64,000 bases of DNA from Candidatus Binatia bacterium. GTDB taxonomy: Bacteria; Desulfobacterota; Binatia; DP-6. The notes under the pieces are model-generated. The model had not been told where the DNA came from. It ran no database searches and was given only the letters and a program-made list of their open reading frames with translations. A program made the translations under genes and the position numbers. The DNA is taken from positions 5,923 through 69,922 of the forward strand of contig DASRHG010000146.1 of assembly GCA_035650655.1 (NCBI GenBank). The letters are read 5' to 3'. Shown here piece after piece: positions 42,715 to 52,529 of the stretch; position 1 is the first letter of the stretch; each line of letters begins with the position of its first letter.

Positions 42715-43713
42715 ATGGCGGAGAAGATCGGCATCGTCCCGTTCTGGAAGGGCTACGACCGCGCCGCCGTCCTGCGCGCGGCCCGGCTCGCCGAGGAGCG
42801 CGGCTACGACTCGATCTGGATCCCCGAGGCGTGGGGCTACGAGCAGTTCCAGCTGCTCGCGGAGATCGCCGTCGCGACGCGGCGCTTGAAGCTCGGGACG
42901 GGCATCGCGAACGTCTTCAGCCGCTCCGCGGCGCTCCTCGCCATGAGCGCCGCGACGCTGGACGAGATCTCGGAGGGGCGCGCGCTCCTCGGCCTCGGCA
43001 CGAGCGGGAAGAACGTGGTCGAGAGCTTCCACGGCGTCCCGTACCGCAAGCCGCTCACGCGGCTTTGCGAGACGATCCGCATCTGCCGCACGCTCTGGCG
43101 CGGCGAGCGCCTGGCACCCGAACTCTCGACGCTCTCCTCCCTGCGGCACTTCAAGCTCGAGATGCGGCCCCGCCGTCCCGACATCCCGATCTACGTCGCA
43201 TCGCTCCAGGAACGGGCGATCCGCGAAGTCGGCCGCCTCGCCGACGGCTGGCTGCCGACGTTCTGGCCCTACGAGCACCTCGAGGACGGGCGCGCGCTCC
43301 TCGCTGCCGGCGCGCGGGAGGCCGGGCGCGATCCGGCCGCGATCGAGATCGCGCCGTTCGTGGCGATCGTGCCGCTCGACGACCTCGACGCCGCGCGCAC
43401 CATGGTGAAGCCGACGGTCGCCTTCTACATCGGCGGCATGGGCGTCTACTACCACGCGCTCTTCTGCCGCTACGGCTTCGCGGAGACGGCCGACCGCGTC
43501 CGCGCGCTCTGGGCCGACGGCAGGCGGCGGGAGGCGGTGGCGGCGGTGAGCGACGCGCTGGTCGACGCGATCGCGATCTGCGGGCCGCCGGCGCGCTGCC
43601 GCGAGCGTCTCGCCGACTGGCGGCGCCACGGCGTCGGAAGCGCGCTCATGACGCTCCCGAGCGGGGTGCCCCCGGAGGTCACGGAGCAGCTTCTCCGGGC
43701 GATGGCGCCGTAG
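42715..43713 (+). CDS. LLM-class (luciferase-like) F420/flavin-dependent oxidoreductase
   Basis: AEERGYDSIWIPEAWGYEQFQLLAEIA..T.RLKLGTGIANVFSRS.ALLAMSAATLDEISEGRALLGLG. Confidence 0.85.
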   Translation: MAEKIGIVPFWKGYDRAAVLRAARLAEERGYDSIWIPEAWGYEQFQLLAEIAVATRRLKLGTGIANVFSRSAALLAMSAATLDEISEGRALLGLGTSGKNVVESFHGVPYRKPLTRLCETIRICRTLWRGERLAPELSTLSSLRHFKLEMRPRRPDIPIYVASLQERAIREVGRLADGWLPTFWPYEHLEDGRALLAAGAREAGRDPAAIEIAPFVAIVPLDDLDAARTMVKPTVAFYIGGMGVYYHALFCRYGFAETADRVRALWADGRRREAVAAVSDALVDAIAICGPPARCRERLADWRRHGVGSALMTLPSGVPPEVTEQLLRAMAP

Positions 43714-43725
43714 CCCGCGCCGGCG

Positions 43726-44220
43726 CTACTCGCCGGGCGGCGGGGGCCCGAGGAGCTGCCGCATCTCGGCCCGGAGCGCCTTCATGCGGGTGTGGATCCG
43801 GGCCGCGCGCTCGAGCTGCGCGGGCGTCAGGATGCCGCGCAGCTCGAGGGCCACGGCGAGCCCTTCGCGCATCAGGTCGGCCCGGGCCTTTGCGGCCTGC
43901 TCGGCGACGGCGTCGACGGCGTGCGGATCGAGCGTCCCGGTCGAGAAGAGCTTCTCGGCGAGCGCCTCGTGCGCGTTCCGCGCCGCGTCGCGGAGTCTCT
44001 CGAGCTTCTCGTGATGCGCCTTCAGGACGTCGCGCATCTTCTGCGTCTGCTCCGGCGTCAGGTCGAGCGCCTGCATCAGCCGGCCGTACATCACGCCGCC
44101 CGGGCCGCCGAGCATCTCGCGGTGGGAAGGAGGCCCGCCGAAGCGGCCGTGCGCGAAGGCGAGCGCGCCGGTCGCGAGGGTGAGCGCCACGACGGCGCTC
44201 GCCGAGATTCTCCGAGTCAT
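43726..44220 (-). CDS. periplasmic Spy/CpxP-family (LTxxQ) protein
   Basis: Signal peptide, and two LTxxQ motifs (LDLTPEQTQKM and ILTPAQLER) in a helical protein of about 160 aa. Confidence 0.75.
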   Translation of the reverse strand: MTRRISASAVVALTLATGALAFAHGRFGGPPSHREMLGGPGGVMYGRLMQALDLTPEQTQKMRDVLKAHHEKLERLRDAARNAHEALAEKLFSTGTLDPHAVDAVAEQAAKARADLMREGLAVALELRGILTPAQLERAARIHTRMKALRAEMRQLLGPPPPGE

Positions 44221-44236
44221 CGATGCCCTCCTTCTC

Positions 44237-44680
44237 CTACTCGTCGAGCCACGCGTCGTCGTCCGCCGCCCCGTCGTCGAGGGCGCTCACCCGAACCGCG
44301 ACGTCGTCCCCGGCGGGCACGTCGCTCGCGGCGAAGAGCGCCGTCGAGACCTCGTCGAGCGAGCGCGAAATGTCGATCGCGGCGGACGCCGTGCGGACCG
44401 GCGGCGGAGCCGCGGGACGCGTCCAGAGGATCACCGCGACCTCGGCGGCCGCGACGGCGAGCGCCGGGATGAGCCAGGCGCCGCCCGCGAGCACCGGCCG
44501 CCGCGCCGCGAGCGGCGGCGGTCCGTCGCGGACGACGCGGGCGAGGAGCTCGACGTCGTCGACGAGCGTGCGGTAGCGCCGCGCGCAGTCGTCGCACGCG
44601 TCCACGTGCGCGCGCTCCGCCGCCGAGCCGTCCCCGTCGTGGAGCCGGAAGAGGGCACGATCGTCGAGACATGCGGTCAT
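44237..44680 (-). CDS. anti-sigma factor (zf-HC2 type)
   Basis: MTACLDDRALFRLHDGDGSAAERAHVDACDDCARRY (HxxxCxxC), followed by one TM segment. The start overlaps the ECF sigma stop. Confidence 0.8.
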   Translation of the reverse strand: MTACLDDRALFRLHDGDGSAAERAHVDACDDCARRYRTLVDDVELLARVVRDGPPPLAARRPVLAGGAWLIPALAVAAAEVAVILWTRPAAPPPVRTASAAIDISRSLDEVSTALFAASDVPAGDDVAVRVSALDDGAADDDAWLDE

Positions 44681-45249
44681 CGGTCGTCTCCCAGGGCGTC
44701 CCGCAGCCGCCGCACGGCGCGGAAGAGATGGCGTTTGACGCTGCCGCCGTCGATGCCGAGGAGTGCGGCCGTCTCCTGCGTCGACCAGCCCTCGACGTAG
44801 CGGAGCGCGAAGACCTCGCGCTGGCGGGGCGGGAGCTTCGAGAACGCGCGCCAGATCCGGCGCCGCCGCTCGCCGCTCAGGACGTGGGCCTCCGGCGTCG
44901 CCGGGCTCGGCGCGTGGCGGTCGTCGAACGCCTCGCCGCCGCGGCGCCACCACCGCCACCACCCGGAGCGCCGCCGGTCGTGGCACGCGTTGACGGCCAC
45001 CTGCGTGATCCAGCGCCCCCACGCGATCGGCCGCGTCCCCGCCTGGCATTCGTGGAGCACCTTGAGGAAGACCTCCTGGGCCACGTCGTCGCCCTCGCTC
45101 GCGTCGCCGAGGAGCACCCGACAGAGGCGCATCACCCGGTCATGGTGCGCCTGGTAGAGCTCCTCGTAGCGTGGCTCGGACTCCGCCGGCGCCTCGAGCC
45201 TCGGCCGGCCGCGGCCCCCCTCGGACGACGGTTCGCGGTGCGCCCTCAC
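44677..45249 (-). CDS. ECF-type RNA polymerase sigma factor
   Basis: Region 2: DDVAQEVFLKV. Region 4: LPPRQREVFALRYVEGWSTQETAALLGIDGGSVKRHLFRA. GTG start. Confidence 0.88.
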   Translation of the reverse strand: MRAHREPSSEGGRGRPRLEAPAESEPRYEELYQAHHDRVMRLCRVLLGDASEGDDVAQEVFLKVLHECQAGTRPIAWGRWITQVAVNACHDRRRSGWWRWWRRGGEAFDDRHAPSPATPEAHVLSGERRRRIWRAFSKLPPRQREVFALRYVEGWSTQETAALLGIDGGSVKRHLFRAVRRLRDALGDDR

Positions 45250-45304
45250 CCTGGAGTTCCCTCGCCGCCTGACGTAGCAGCGGCGCGATCGGTTGACCGT
45301 GCCG

Positions 45305-46441
45305 TCATCGCCGCTCGAAGCGTGCCAGGACCTCGGTGTGCCCGGTGTGCGGGAAGAGCGCGAACGCCATGAGCTCCGCGAGCGCGAGGCGGCCGCCCGC
45401 CAGGAGCCGTCGCGCCTCGCGGAGGAAGGCCGGGAGGCCGCAGCTCACGGCGACGAGGCGGGCCGGCGGGGTCGCGACGAGCGCGTCCAGGAGCGCCGGC
45501 TCGAGCCCGCGGCGGGGCGGGTCGACGATCACGACGTCGGCTTCGCCGACCCGCCCGGCATGGGCGGCGGCCGGGCCGGGAAGGATGGTCGCGCGCCGCC
45601 GGGCCGCGGGCGGCGCCGCGGCGAGGCCGAGCTCGAGGCCTGCCAGGCTCGCGGCCTCCACCTCGTTGAACGCGACCTCCGCGCGGGCGAGGAGGCCGAG
45701 GCCGATCGCCCCGCACCCCGCGTGCAGCTCGAGCACGCGCGCCCCGTCCGGCACGCAGGCGGCGACTCGGGCGACCAGACGATCGGCGAGGTCGAGGTTC
45801 GCCTGCCCGAACGCGCCCGGCGGGAAGTAGACCGCCGCGCCGCCGATCGTCTCGCGCACGGCCTCGGGCCCCGCGAGCCGCGCCCAGTGCGGGCCGAGGA
45901 CGACGTTCGTCCGCTGCGGGTTGCCGTTCCACCAGAGGCTGTGGAGGCTCGTGCCGAGCGCGCCGGCGAGCCGGGCGGCGAGCGGCGCGACGTCCCGCGG
46001 ATCGTCGCCGTTCGCGACGAGGACGACCTGCGCCGCCTCGGGCGCGCGGGCGACCACGATCTGCACCGCGCGGACGACGCCGCGATGCGCGCGATCGGCG
46101 TAGGGAGGAATGCCGGTCGCCCGCACGGCGTCCTTCACGGCCGCCGCCACCGTGTTCACGAGCGGATGGTGCACGAGGCAGCGGGGGACGTCGACGATCC
46201 GATGCGTCCCCTGCTGGAAGATGCCGATCTTCGGCGACGCCGCGCGGCCGCGGACCATGAGGCGCGCCCGACGTCGGCAGCCGAACGGCGCCCCTTCGAC
46301 GACGGCGGGCGGCGGGATGCCGGCCTCGCGCGCGAGCGCGGCGAGCGCGGCCGCCGCATCGCGCGGGATGCCGCCCTCGCCGAAGCGCGGGCAGCCCGGG
46401 CAGGGCGGACGGTGCGGGCAGAGGGGCGCGCGCGGGGGCAC
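45305..46441 (-). CDS. RumA/RlmD-family SAM-dependent RNA (uracil-5-)-methyltransferase-like protein
   Basis: N-terminal Cys cluster CPHRPPCPGCP, SAM motif LELHAGCGAIGL, motif IV VIVDPPRRG, and a nucleophile region LVAVSCG. GTG 46441 lies inside track ORF 45305..48589(-). Confidence 0.75.
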   Translation of the reverse strand: MPPRAPLCPHRPPCPGCPRFGEGGIPRDAAAALAALAREAGIPPPAVVEGAPFGCRRRARLMVRGRAASPKIGIFQQGTHRIVDVPRCLVHHPLVNTVAAAVKDAVRATGIPPYADRAHRGVVRAVQIVVARAPEAAQVVLVANGDDPRDVAPLAARLAGALGTSLHSLWWNGNPQRTNVVLGPHWARLAGPEAVRETIGGAAVYFPPGAFGQANLDLADRLVARVAACVPDGARVLELHAGCGAIGLGLLARAEVAFNEVEAASLAGLELGLAAAPPAARRRATILPGPAAAHAGRVGEADVVIVDPPRRGLEPALLDALVATPPARLVAVSCGLPAFLREARRLLAGGRLALAELMAFALFPHTGHTEVLARFERR

Positions 46442-46513
46442 GCGCGCGAGCGTAGCAGATGGCGTCTTCCACGCGACTGCCGGCGCTGTTAGAAGCGCGG
46501 CGGGAGGTGCTGC

Positions 46514-48214
46514 ATGGCCGAGGTGAACGGTGGCCGGCTCCTCGCGCGCTGCCTCGCGAACGAGGGCATCCGCTTCGTCTTCGGACTGCCGTCGCCGGAG
46601 ATCGACCCGCTGCTCGCCGCGCTCGACGAGCACCGGATCCGCCTCGTGCCCGTCCGACACGAATCCGCCGGCGCGCACATGGCCGAGGGCCTCTACAAGA
46701 CCACGGGCGAGGCCGCCGTCGCGATCGGCAACCCGGGCCCCGGCACGGCGAACCTCGTGGCCGGCGTCGTCACCGCGCGGCACGAGGGCGTGCCGCTCCT
46801 CGCGATCACCTCCCAGCACCGGCTCGAAATCGTCTACCCCTCGCCGCCGTCGACGTTCCAGGGCCAGGACCAGCTCGACGTGTACAAGCCGATCGTCAAG
46901 TGGGGCGGCCCGATCTTCGCGTGGAACCGGATCCCGGAGGTGGTGCGGCTCGCGTTCCGCGAGATGTGGGCCGGGCGTCCCGGGCCCGTGCAGATCGAGC
47001 TGCCCGCACCGGTCCTCTACGCGACGGGCGACGACGCGAGCGTGCGCGTGTCGCCGCCGGCGGCGTACCGCGCGCCGCTCCCCGAGCCGTCGGCCGCGCG
47101 GATCGCGGAGGTCGCGGCGCTCCTTGCCGGTGCCGCGCGACCGCTCGTCGTCGCCGGCTCCGGCGTCGACCGCGCCGGCGCGAACGCCGCGCTCCTGGCG
47201 CTCGTCGAGCGGCTCGGCTGTCCGGTGATCGCGTCGATGGCCGCACGCGCCGTCGTCCCGGCCGAGCATCCGAACCTCGTCTACGGGAACGGTGCGGGCG
47301 CCGACCTCGCCCGTCGCGAGGCCGACGTCGTGCTCGTCCTCGGCTCGCGGCTCGGCAATCTCGACCTCCCGTACGACAAGTACTGGGGCGATCCGAAGAC
47401 GCAGCGGGTCGTGCAGGTGGACGTCGACCCGCGGAGCATCGGCGTGACGCGACCGCTCGCGCTCGGGGTCGTCGCCGACGCGAAGGCGGCGCTCGAGGGG
47501 CTCCTCGCCGCGCTCGAGGGGCGGAGGCCCGCGAGCGACCCCGCCTTCCTCGCGCGCTGTCGCCGCACGGCCGACGAGTGGTGGGCGGCGCAGATGCAGG
47601 TGGTCGAGGCGTGGACGGGCCCGGGGCTCCATCCCGCCCACGCCGTGCAGGCGATCGGGAGGGCGTTCGGGCGCGACGCCATCTACGTCGCCGACGGCGG
47701 CTTCACCTCGCTCTGGGCGTACTGGTTCCTGCCGCCGACGCGGCCGCGCTCGTACGTGAGCATCCTCGAGCTCGGCATGCTCGGCACCGGCGTGCCGGCG
47801 GCGCTCGGCGCGAAGCTCGGGAGCCCCGATCGCGAGGTCGTCTGCGTCACGGGCGATGGCGCCGCCGGCTTCCACTTCATGGAGATGCAGTCGGCGGCGC
47901 GCGAGGGCGCGAAGGTGACGGTCGTCGTCTTCGCGGAGGGCTCGTGGTCGATGGAGGTCCCGAACGAGCAGATGCTCTACGGGAAGAGCTTCGGCACCGA
48001 GATGGGGACCGTGCGCTGGGACGTCGTCGCGCAGGGCCTCGGCTGCGAGGGCTTCTACGCGGAGACCCTCCCGGACGTCGAAGCGGCGCTCGCGAAGGCG
48101 CGCGCCGCACGCGGCCCCGCCGTCGTCTGCGTGAAGACGGACCGCGCGGCGAACCTCGCCGTGTCGCCCGAGGCCGGGCTCCGCTTCTTGGAGGTGTATC
48201 AGGGCCCGCTCTGA
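46514..48214 (+). CDS. thiamine-pyrophosphate-dependent enzyme (acetolactate synthase-like family)
   Basis: N-terminal PYR domain (RHESAGAHMAEG, GPG.TN), and a C-terminal TPP motif TGDGAAGFHFMEMQSAAREGAKVTVVVF. Specific substrate unknown. Confidence 0.85.
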   Translation: MAEVNGGRLLARCLANEGIRFVFGLPSPEIDPLLAALDEHRIRLVPVRHESAGAHMAEGLYKTTGEAAVAIGNPGPGTANLVAGVVTARHEGVPLLAITSQHRLEIVYPSPPSTFQGQDQLDVYKPIVKWGGPIFAWNRIPEVVRLAFREMWAGRPGPVQIELPAPVLYATGDDASVRVSPPAAYRAPLPEPSAARIAEVAALLAGAARPLVVAGSGVDRAGANAALLALVERLGCPVIASMAARAVVPAEHPNLVYGNGAGADLARREADVVLVLGSRLGNLDLPYDKYWGDPKTQRVVQVDVDPRSIGVTRPLALGVVADAKAALEGLLAALEGRRPASDPAFLARCRRTADEWWAAQMQVVEAWTGPGLHPAHAVQAIGRAFGRDAIYVADGGFTSLWAYWFLPPTRPRSYVSILELGMLGTGVPAALGAKLGSPDREVVCVTGDGAAGFHFMEMQSAAREGAKVTVVVFAEGSWSMEVPNEQMLYGKSFGTEMGTVRWDVVAQGLGCEGFYAETLPDVEAALAKARAARGPAVVCVKTDRAANLAVSPEAGLRFLEVYQGPL

Positions 48215-48368
48215 ACGGTCGGGCGGTCCGCTGCGCTTCTCCGCGCACGACGTCGTCCTTCCGCGGGCCGTACGCGAGCCGGCCCCAGCCCATGTGGTCG
48301 TCGAAGAAGCGGCGGATCGCGTCGGCGAGCCGGTCGGGCATGACGTGGCAGTGCGCGTCGACGAGCAC
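48215..48368 (-). pseudogene. possible N-terminal stub of an amidohydrolase-2-type metal hydrolase
   Basis: The reverse strand from GTG 48368 reads VLVDAHCHVMPDRLADAIRRFFDDHMGW.. (the D-x-H-x-H start typical of the family). It then runs straight into the antisense of the TPP gene, and only about 50 aa fit in the spacer. Confidence 0.35.
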
Positions 48369-48452
48369 GGGGACCCCGCCATTTCGCGCGTCCCGCGCGC
48401 CGACGCAACGCGGGTTGCCGGTCCGGAACCGAGCCGGTAAAACCAGCCCGTC

Positions 48453-51104
48453 GTGACCGGAGACCAGATTCGCGAGAGCTTCCTCGACTTCTTCCGTGCG
48501 CGCGGGCACACCATCGTGCCGAGCGCGCCGCTCGTGCCGGAGAACGACCCGAGCCTCCTCTTCACGAACGCCGGCATGGTGCCGTTCAAAGGCGTCTTCC
48601 TCGGGACGGAGACGCGCCCCTACACGCGCGCCGCGGACTCGCAGAAGGTGCTGCGCATCAGCGGCAAGCACAACGACCTCGAGCAGGTGGGGCGGGACAC
48701 GTACCACCACACCTTCTTCGAGATGCTCGGCAACTGGTCGTTCGGCGACTACTACAAGCGCGAGGCGATCGCGTGGGCGTGGGAGCTCCTGACCGCGGTG
48801 TGGAGGCTGCCGAAGGACCGCCTGTGGGCGACCGTGCACACGACCGACGGCGAGGCCGCGGCGCTCTGGCCGCGCGTCACGGACCTTCCCGCCGGCCGCG
48901 TGCTCCGCTTCGACGCCGAGAACTTCTGGGAGATGGGCGAGACGGGGCCGTGCGGTCCGTGCTCGGAGATCCACTACGATCACGGGCCCGACGCGTGCGA
49001 TCGTCGCACCGTTCGGGGGCACGAGTGCCGCGTGAACGGCGACTGCGCGCGCTACGTCGAGCTCTGGAACCTCGTCTTCATCCAGTACGACCGTGACGAG
49101 ACGGGGAAGCTCACGGAGCTGCCCGCGAAGCACGTCGACACCGGCATGGGCTTCGAGCGCATCTGCGCCGTGCTCCAGCGCGTGCCGAGCAACTACGACA
49201 TCGACGTCCTGCGCGGGATCATCGCGGCCGCCGAGCGGCTCTCGGGCAAGCGGTACGGCGAGACGGAGAAGGACGACGTCTCGCTCCGGGTGATCTGCGA
49301 CCACGGCCGGGCCGTCACGTTCCTCGTCGCCGACGGCGTCCTCCCGTCGAACGAGGGCCGCGGGTACGTGCTGCGCCGCCTGCTGCGCCGCGCGGCGCGG
49401 CACGGGAAGCTCCTCGGCCTCGACCGCCCGTTCCTCTGGGAGATCGTCGGCGCGGTCGTCCACGCCATGGGCCGCGCGTACCCGGAGATCGTCCGCCAGG
49501 AGGAGCGCATCACGGACGTCGTCCGCGAGGAGGAGGAGCGCTTCGCGGCGACGCTCGATCGCGGGTTGGCGCTCCTGGAGGCCGAGCTTGCGCGGACGCG
49601 GCGCGAGCGGCGCCCGGCGCTCCCCGGCGACGTCGCCTTCAAGCTCTACGACACCTTCGGGTTCCCGCTCGACTTGACCGAGGACATCCTCGCCGGCGAA
49701 GGGCTCGCCGTCGACCGCGCGGGCTTCGAGCGTGCCATGGAGGAGCAGCGGGCGCGCGCGCGCGGCGCGCAGCGCTTCGCCGACGCCGAGGGCGCGCCGG
49801 AGATCGTGGGCGCCGCGTCCGGAGGGACGCGCTTCGTCGGCGACCGCATCGTCACCTGGGAGTCGGAGGTCCTGGCGCTCCTCGTCGAGGGGAAGTCGGT
49901 GCGCGGGCCCGTCGCGGCCGGCGCGGCGGTCGACGTCGTCACGGCCGAGACGCCCTTCTACGCGGAGTCCGGCGGGCAGGTCGGCGACCGCGGCGCGATC
50001 GAGACGGAGTCGGGGACCCGGGTCGAGGTGCTCGACACGCAGAAGATCGCCGGCGGCGTCGTCGTGCACCGCAGCCGCGTCGTCCAGGGGGCGCTCGCCG
50101 TCGGCGACCGGGTGCGGCTCACGATCGACGCCGTCCGGCGCGAGGCGGCGCGGCTCAACCACTCCGCGACGCACCTCCTCCACGCCGCGCTCCGCCACCG
50201 CCTCGGCGAGCACGTGAAGCAGGCCGGCTCGCTGGTCACGCCCGATCGCCTCCGCTTCGACTTCAGCCACGGGAAGCCCCTCTCCGCCGACGACCTCCGC
50301 GAGATCGAGGACGAGGTGAACGCCTGGGTGCGCGCCAACACGGAGGTGTACACGGAGGAGATGCCCTACCGGCAGGCGCTCGAGGCGGGCGCGCTCGCGT
50401 TCTTCGGCGAGAAGTACGGCGATCGCGTCACCGTCGTCCGCATGGGCGACTTCTCGACCGAGCTCTGCGGCGGCACGCACGTCGCGCGGACGGGCGACAT
50501 CGGCGTCGTGAAGATCCGCGCCGAGAGCGGCGTCGCGGCCGGCGTGCGGCGGCTCGAAGCGGTGTCGGGGGAGGGCGCGCTCGAGCTGATCCGCGCCCGC
50601 GAGGGCGTGCTCCAGGAGATCAGCGCGCTCCTCCGCGGCCCGGCCGAGGAGGCGGCCGCGAAGCTCGAGAGGCTCCTCGCCCAGCAGCGCGAGCTCGAGA
50701 AGCGGATCGCGGAGCTCCAGGGGAAGCTCGCCGGGGGCGCGACGCGCGACGTCCTCGCCGATGCCCGCCGCGTCGATGGGATCACGGTGCTCGCGACGCG
50801 CGTCGACGACCTCGACGACAAGGGCCTCCGCGAGATGGCCGACCGCCTCCGCGAGCGCATCGGGTCGGGCGTCATCGTGCTCGGCGCCGAGCAGGACGGC
50901 CGCGCGCTCCTCCTCGCGGCGGTGACGAAGGACCTCGCCGGCCGCTACCACGCCGGCAACATCATCAAGCAGCTCGCCCCGATGGTCGGCGGGGGCGGCG
51001 GCGGCCGCCCCGACTTCGCCCAGGCCGGCGGCAAGGACCCGAGCCGCCTCGACGAGGCGCTCGCGGCGGCGTACGAGCTGCTCGGAGCCGGGAGCGCCTC
51101 CTAA
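48453..51104 (+). CDS. alaS: alanine--tRNA ligase
   Basis: FLDFFRARGHTIVPSAPLVP.NDPSLLFTNAGM..FK, GDYFK-like FGDYYK, editing domain HSATHLLH, and C-terminal GGGGGRPDFAQAGG. Confidence 0.97.
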   Translation: MTGDQIRESFLDFFRARGHTIVPSAPLVPENDPSLLFTNAGMVPFKGVFLGTETRPYTRAADSQKVLRISGKHNDLEQVGRDTYHHTFFEMLGNWSFGDYYKREAIAWAWELLTAVWRLPKDRLWATVHTTDGEAAALWPRVTDLPAGRVLRFDAENFWEMGETGPCGPCSEIHYDHGPDACDRRTVRGHECRVNGDCARYVELWNLVFIQYDRDETGKLTELPAKHVDTGMGFERICAVLQRVPSNYDIDVLRGIIAAAERLSGKRYGETEKDDVSLRVICDHGRAVTFLVADGVLPSNEGRGYVLRRLLRRAARHGKLLGLDRPFLWEIVGAVVHAMGRAYPEIVRQEERITDVVREEEERFAATLDRGLALLEAELARTRRERRPALPGDVAFKLYDTFGFPLDLTEDILAGEGLAVDRAGFERAMEEQRARARGAQRFADAEGAPEIVGAASGGTRFVGDRIVTWESEVLALLVEGKSVRGPVAAGAAVDVVTAETPFYAESGGQVGDRGAIETESGTRVEVLDTQKIAGGVVVHRSRVVQGALAVGDRVRLTIDAVRREAARLNHSATHLLHAALRHRLGEHVKQAGSLVTPDRLRFDFSHGKPLSADDLREIEDEVNAWVRANTEVYTEEMPYRQALEAGALAFFGEKYGDRVTVVRMGDFSTELCGGTHVARTGDIGVVKIRAESGVAAGVRRLEAVSGEGALELIRAREGVLQEISALLRGPAEEAAAKLERLLAQQRELEKRIAELQGKLAGGATRDVLADARRVDGITVLATRVDDLDDKGLREMADRLRERIGSGVIVLGAEQDGRALLLAAVTKDLAGRYHAGNIIKQLAPMVGGGGGGRPDFAQAGGKDPSRLDEALAAAYELLGAGSAS

Positions 51105-51108
51105 CACC

Positions 51109-52074
51109 TTGCCCGAGTCCGCCGCGGCACCGCTCGACCTCCGCTTCCAGGACGCGCGGCTCTTCCGCGAGCTGCTCGGGAACCACGACGAGCACGTGAA
51201 GACCGTCGAGCGCCAGCTCGGCGTCCGGATCGACGTCGGCGACCTCACGCTCGCGGTCCACGGCGACCCGATCGAGACGGAGCTCGCCGGCCGGCTCCTG
51301 ACGCAGCTCTACGGCCTCCTCGAGCAGGGCTACCCGATCTACGCCTCCGACGTCGACTACGCGCTCCGCATCCTCGCGAGCGACCGCACCGCGAAGCTGA
51401 AGGACATCTTCCTCGACACCGTCTTCATCTCCGCCCATCGCCACGTCATCACGCCGAAGAGCGTCGCGCAGAAGGCGTACATCGATGCGATCCGGAACTT
51501 CGACATCGTCTTCGGCATCGGCCCGGCCGGCACGGGGAAGACGTACCTCGCCATGGCCATGGGCGTCGCCGAGCTCATGCGGAACAACTTCAACCGCATC
51601 GTCCTCACCCGGCCGGCGGTCGAGGCGGGCGAGAAGCTCGGCTTCCTCCCCGGCGACCTCGCGGAGAAGGTGAACCCGTACCTCCGCCCGCTCTACGACG
51701 CGCTCCACGACATGGTGGACTTCGACCGCGCGCGGAAGATGGTCGAGCGCGGGACGATCGAGGTGGCGCCGCTGGCGTTCATGCGGGGAAGGACGCTCAA
51801 CGATTCCTTCGTCATCCTCGACGAGGCGCAGAACACGACGAGCGAGCAGATGAAGATGTTCCTGACGCGCCTCGGCTACGGGTCGAAGGCCGTCATCACC
51901 GGCGACGTGACGCAGGTCGACCTGCCGGCGGGCAAGGCGTCGGGGCTCAAGGAGGCGGCGGCGATCCTCGCCGGCATCCAGGGAATCCGCTTCATCACCT
52001 TCACGGAGCGCGACGTCGTCCGGCATCCGCTCGTGCAGGAGATCATCACGGCGTACGAGCGGAGCCCGCGATGA
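51109..52074 (+). CDS. ybeZ: PhoH-like ATPase (YbeZ)
   Basis: Walker A GPAGTGKTYLAMA, FLPGDL.EK..PYLRP.YDAL, RGRTL...F.ILDEAQN. TTG start. Confidence 0.9.
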   Translation: MPESAAAPLDLRFQDARLFRELLGNHDEHVKTVERQLGVRIDVGDLTLAVHGDPIETELAGRLLTQLYGLLEQGYPIYASDVDYALRILASDRTAKLKDIFLDTVFISAHRHVITPKSVAQKAYIDAIRNFDIVFGIGPAGTGKTYLAMAMGVAELMRNNFNRIVLTRPAVEAGEKLGFLPGDLAEKVNPYLRPLYDALHDMVDFDRARKMVERGTIEVAPLAFMRGRTLNDSFVILDEAQNTTSEQMKMFLTRLGYGSKAVITGDVTQVDLPAGKASGLKEAAAILAGIQGIRFITFTERDVVRHPLVQEIITAYERSPR

Positions 52075-52529
52075 GCGGGTCGGTCGCGACGGCGCGCGGC
52101 GGGTCCGTGACGGTCGCGATGCGCGGGCGCCGCGCGCCCGGCCTCGCGCGGCGGGTCGGCAAGAGCGCGCGGCGGGTGCTCGCGGTGCTCGGGCTTCCGG
52201 GCGCGGAGCTGTCGGTGCTGCTCGTGTCGGATGCGGAGATGCGGAAGCTGAATCGGGCGTATCGCGGGCAGGATCGGGCGACGGACGTGCTGTCGTTCTC
52301 GCAGCTCGAGGGGGTCGGGCGCGTCGCCGGGCTGCTCGGGGACGTCGTCATCTCGGTGGACACGGCGCGGCGGCAGGCGGCGGAGCGCGGCGAGCGCGTC
52401 GGGGCGGAGGTGGACCGGCTCCTCGTGCACGGCATCCTCCATCTCCTCGGATGGGATCACGAGCGCTCGCGTGCGGAGGCGGACCGCATGCGGCGCCGGG
52501 AGCGCGCGCTCGCGCGATGTCTGCGCTAG
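52071..52529 (+). CDS. ybeY: rRNA maturation endoribonuclease YbeY
   Basis: Metal site HGILHLLGWDH, and TDVLSF. The start overlaps the phoH stop. Confidence 0.9.
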   Translation: MSGSVATARGGSVTVAMRGRRAPGLARRVGKSARRVLAVLGLPGAELSVLLVSDAEMRKLNRAYRGQDRATDVLSFSQLEGVGRVAGLLGDVVISVDTARRQAAERGERVGAEVDRLLVHGILHLLGWDHERSRAEADRMRRRERALARCLR

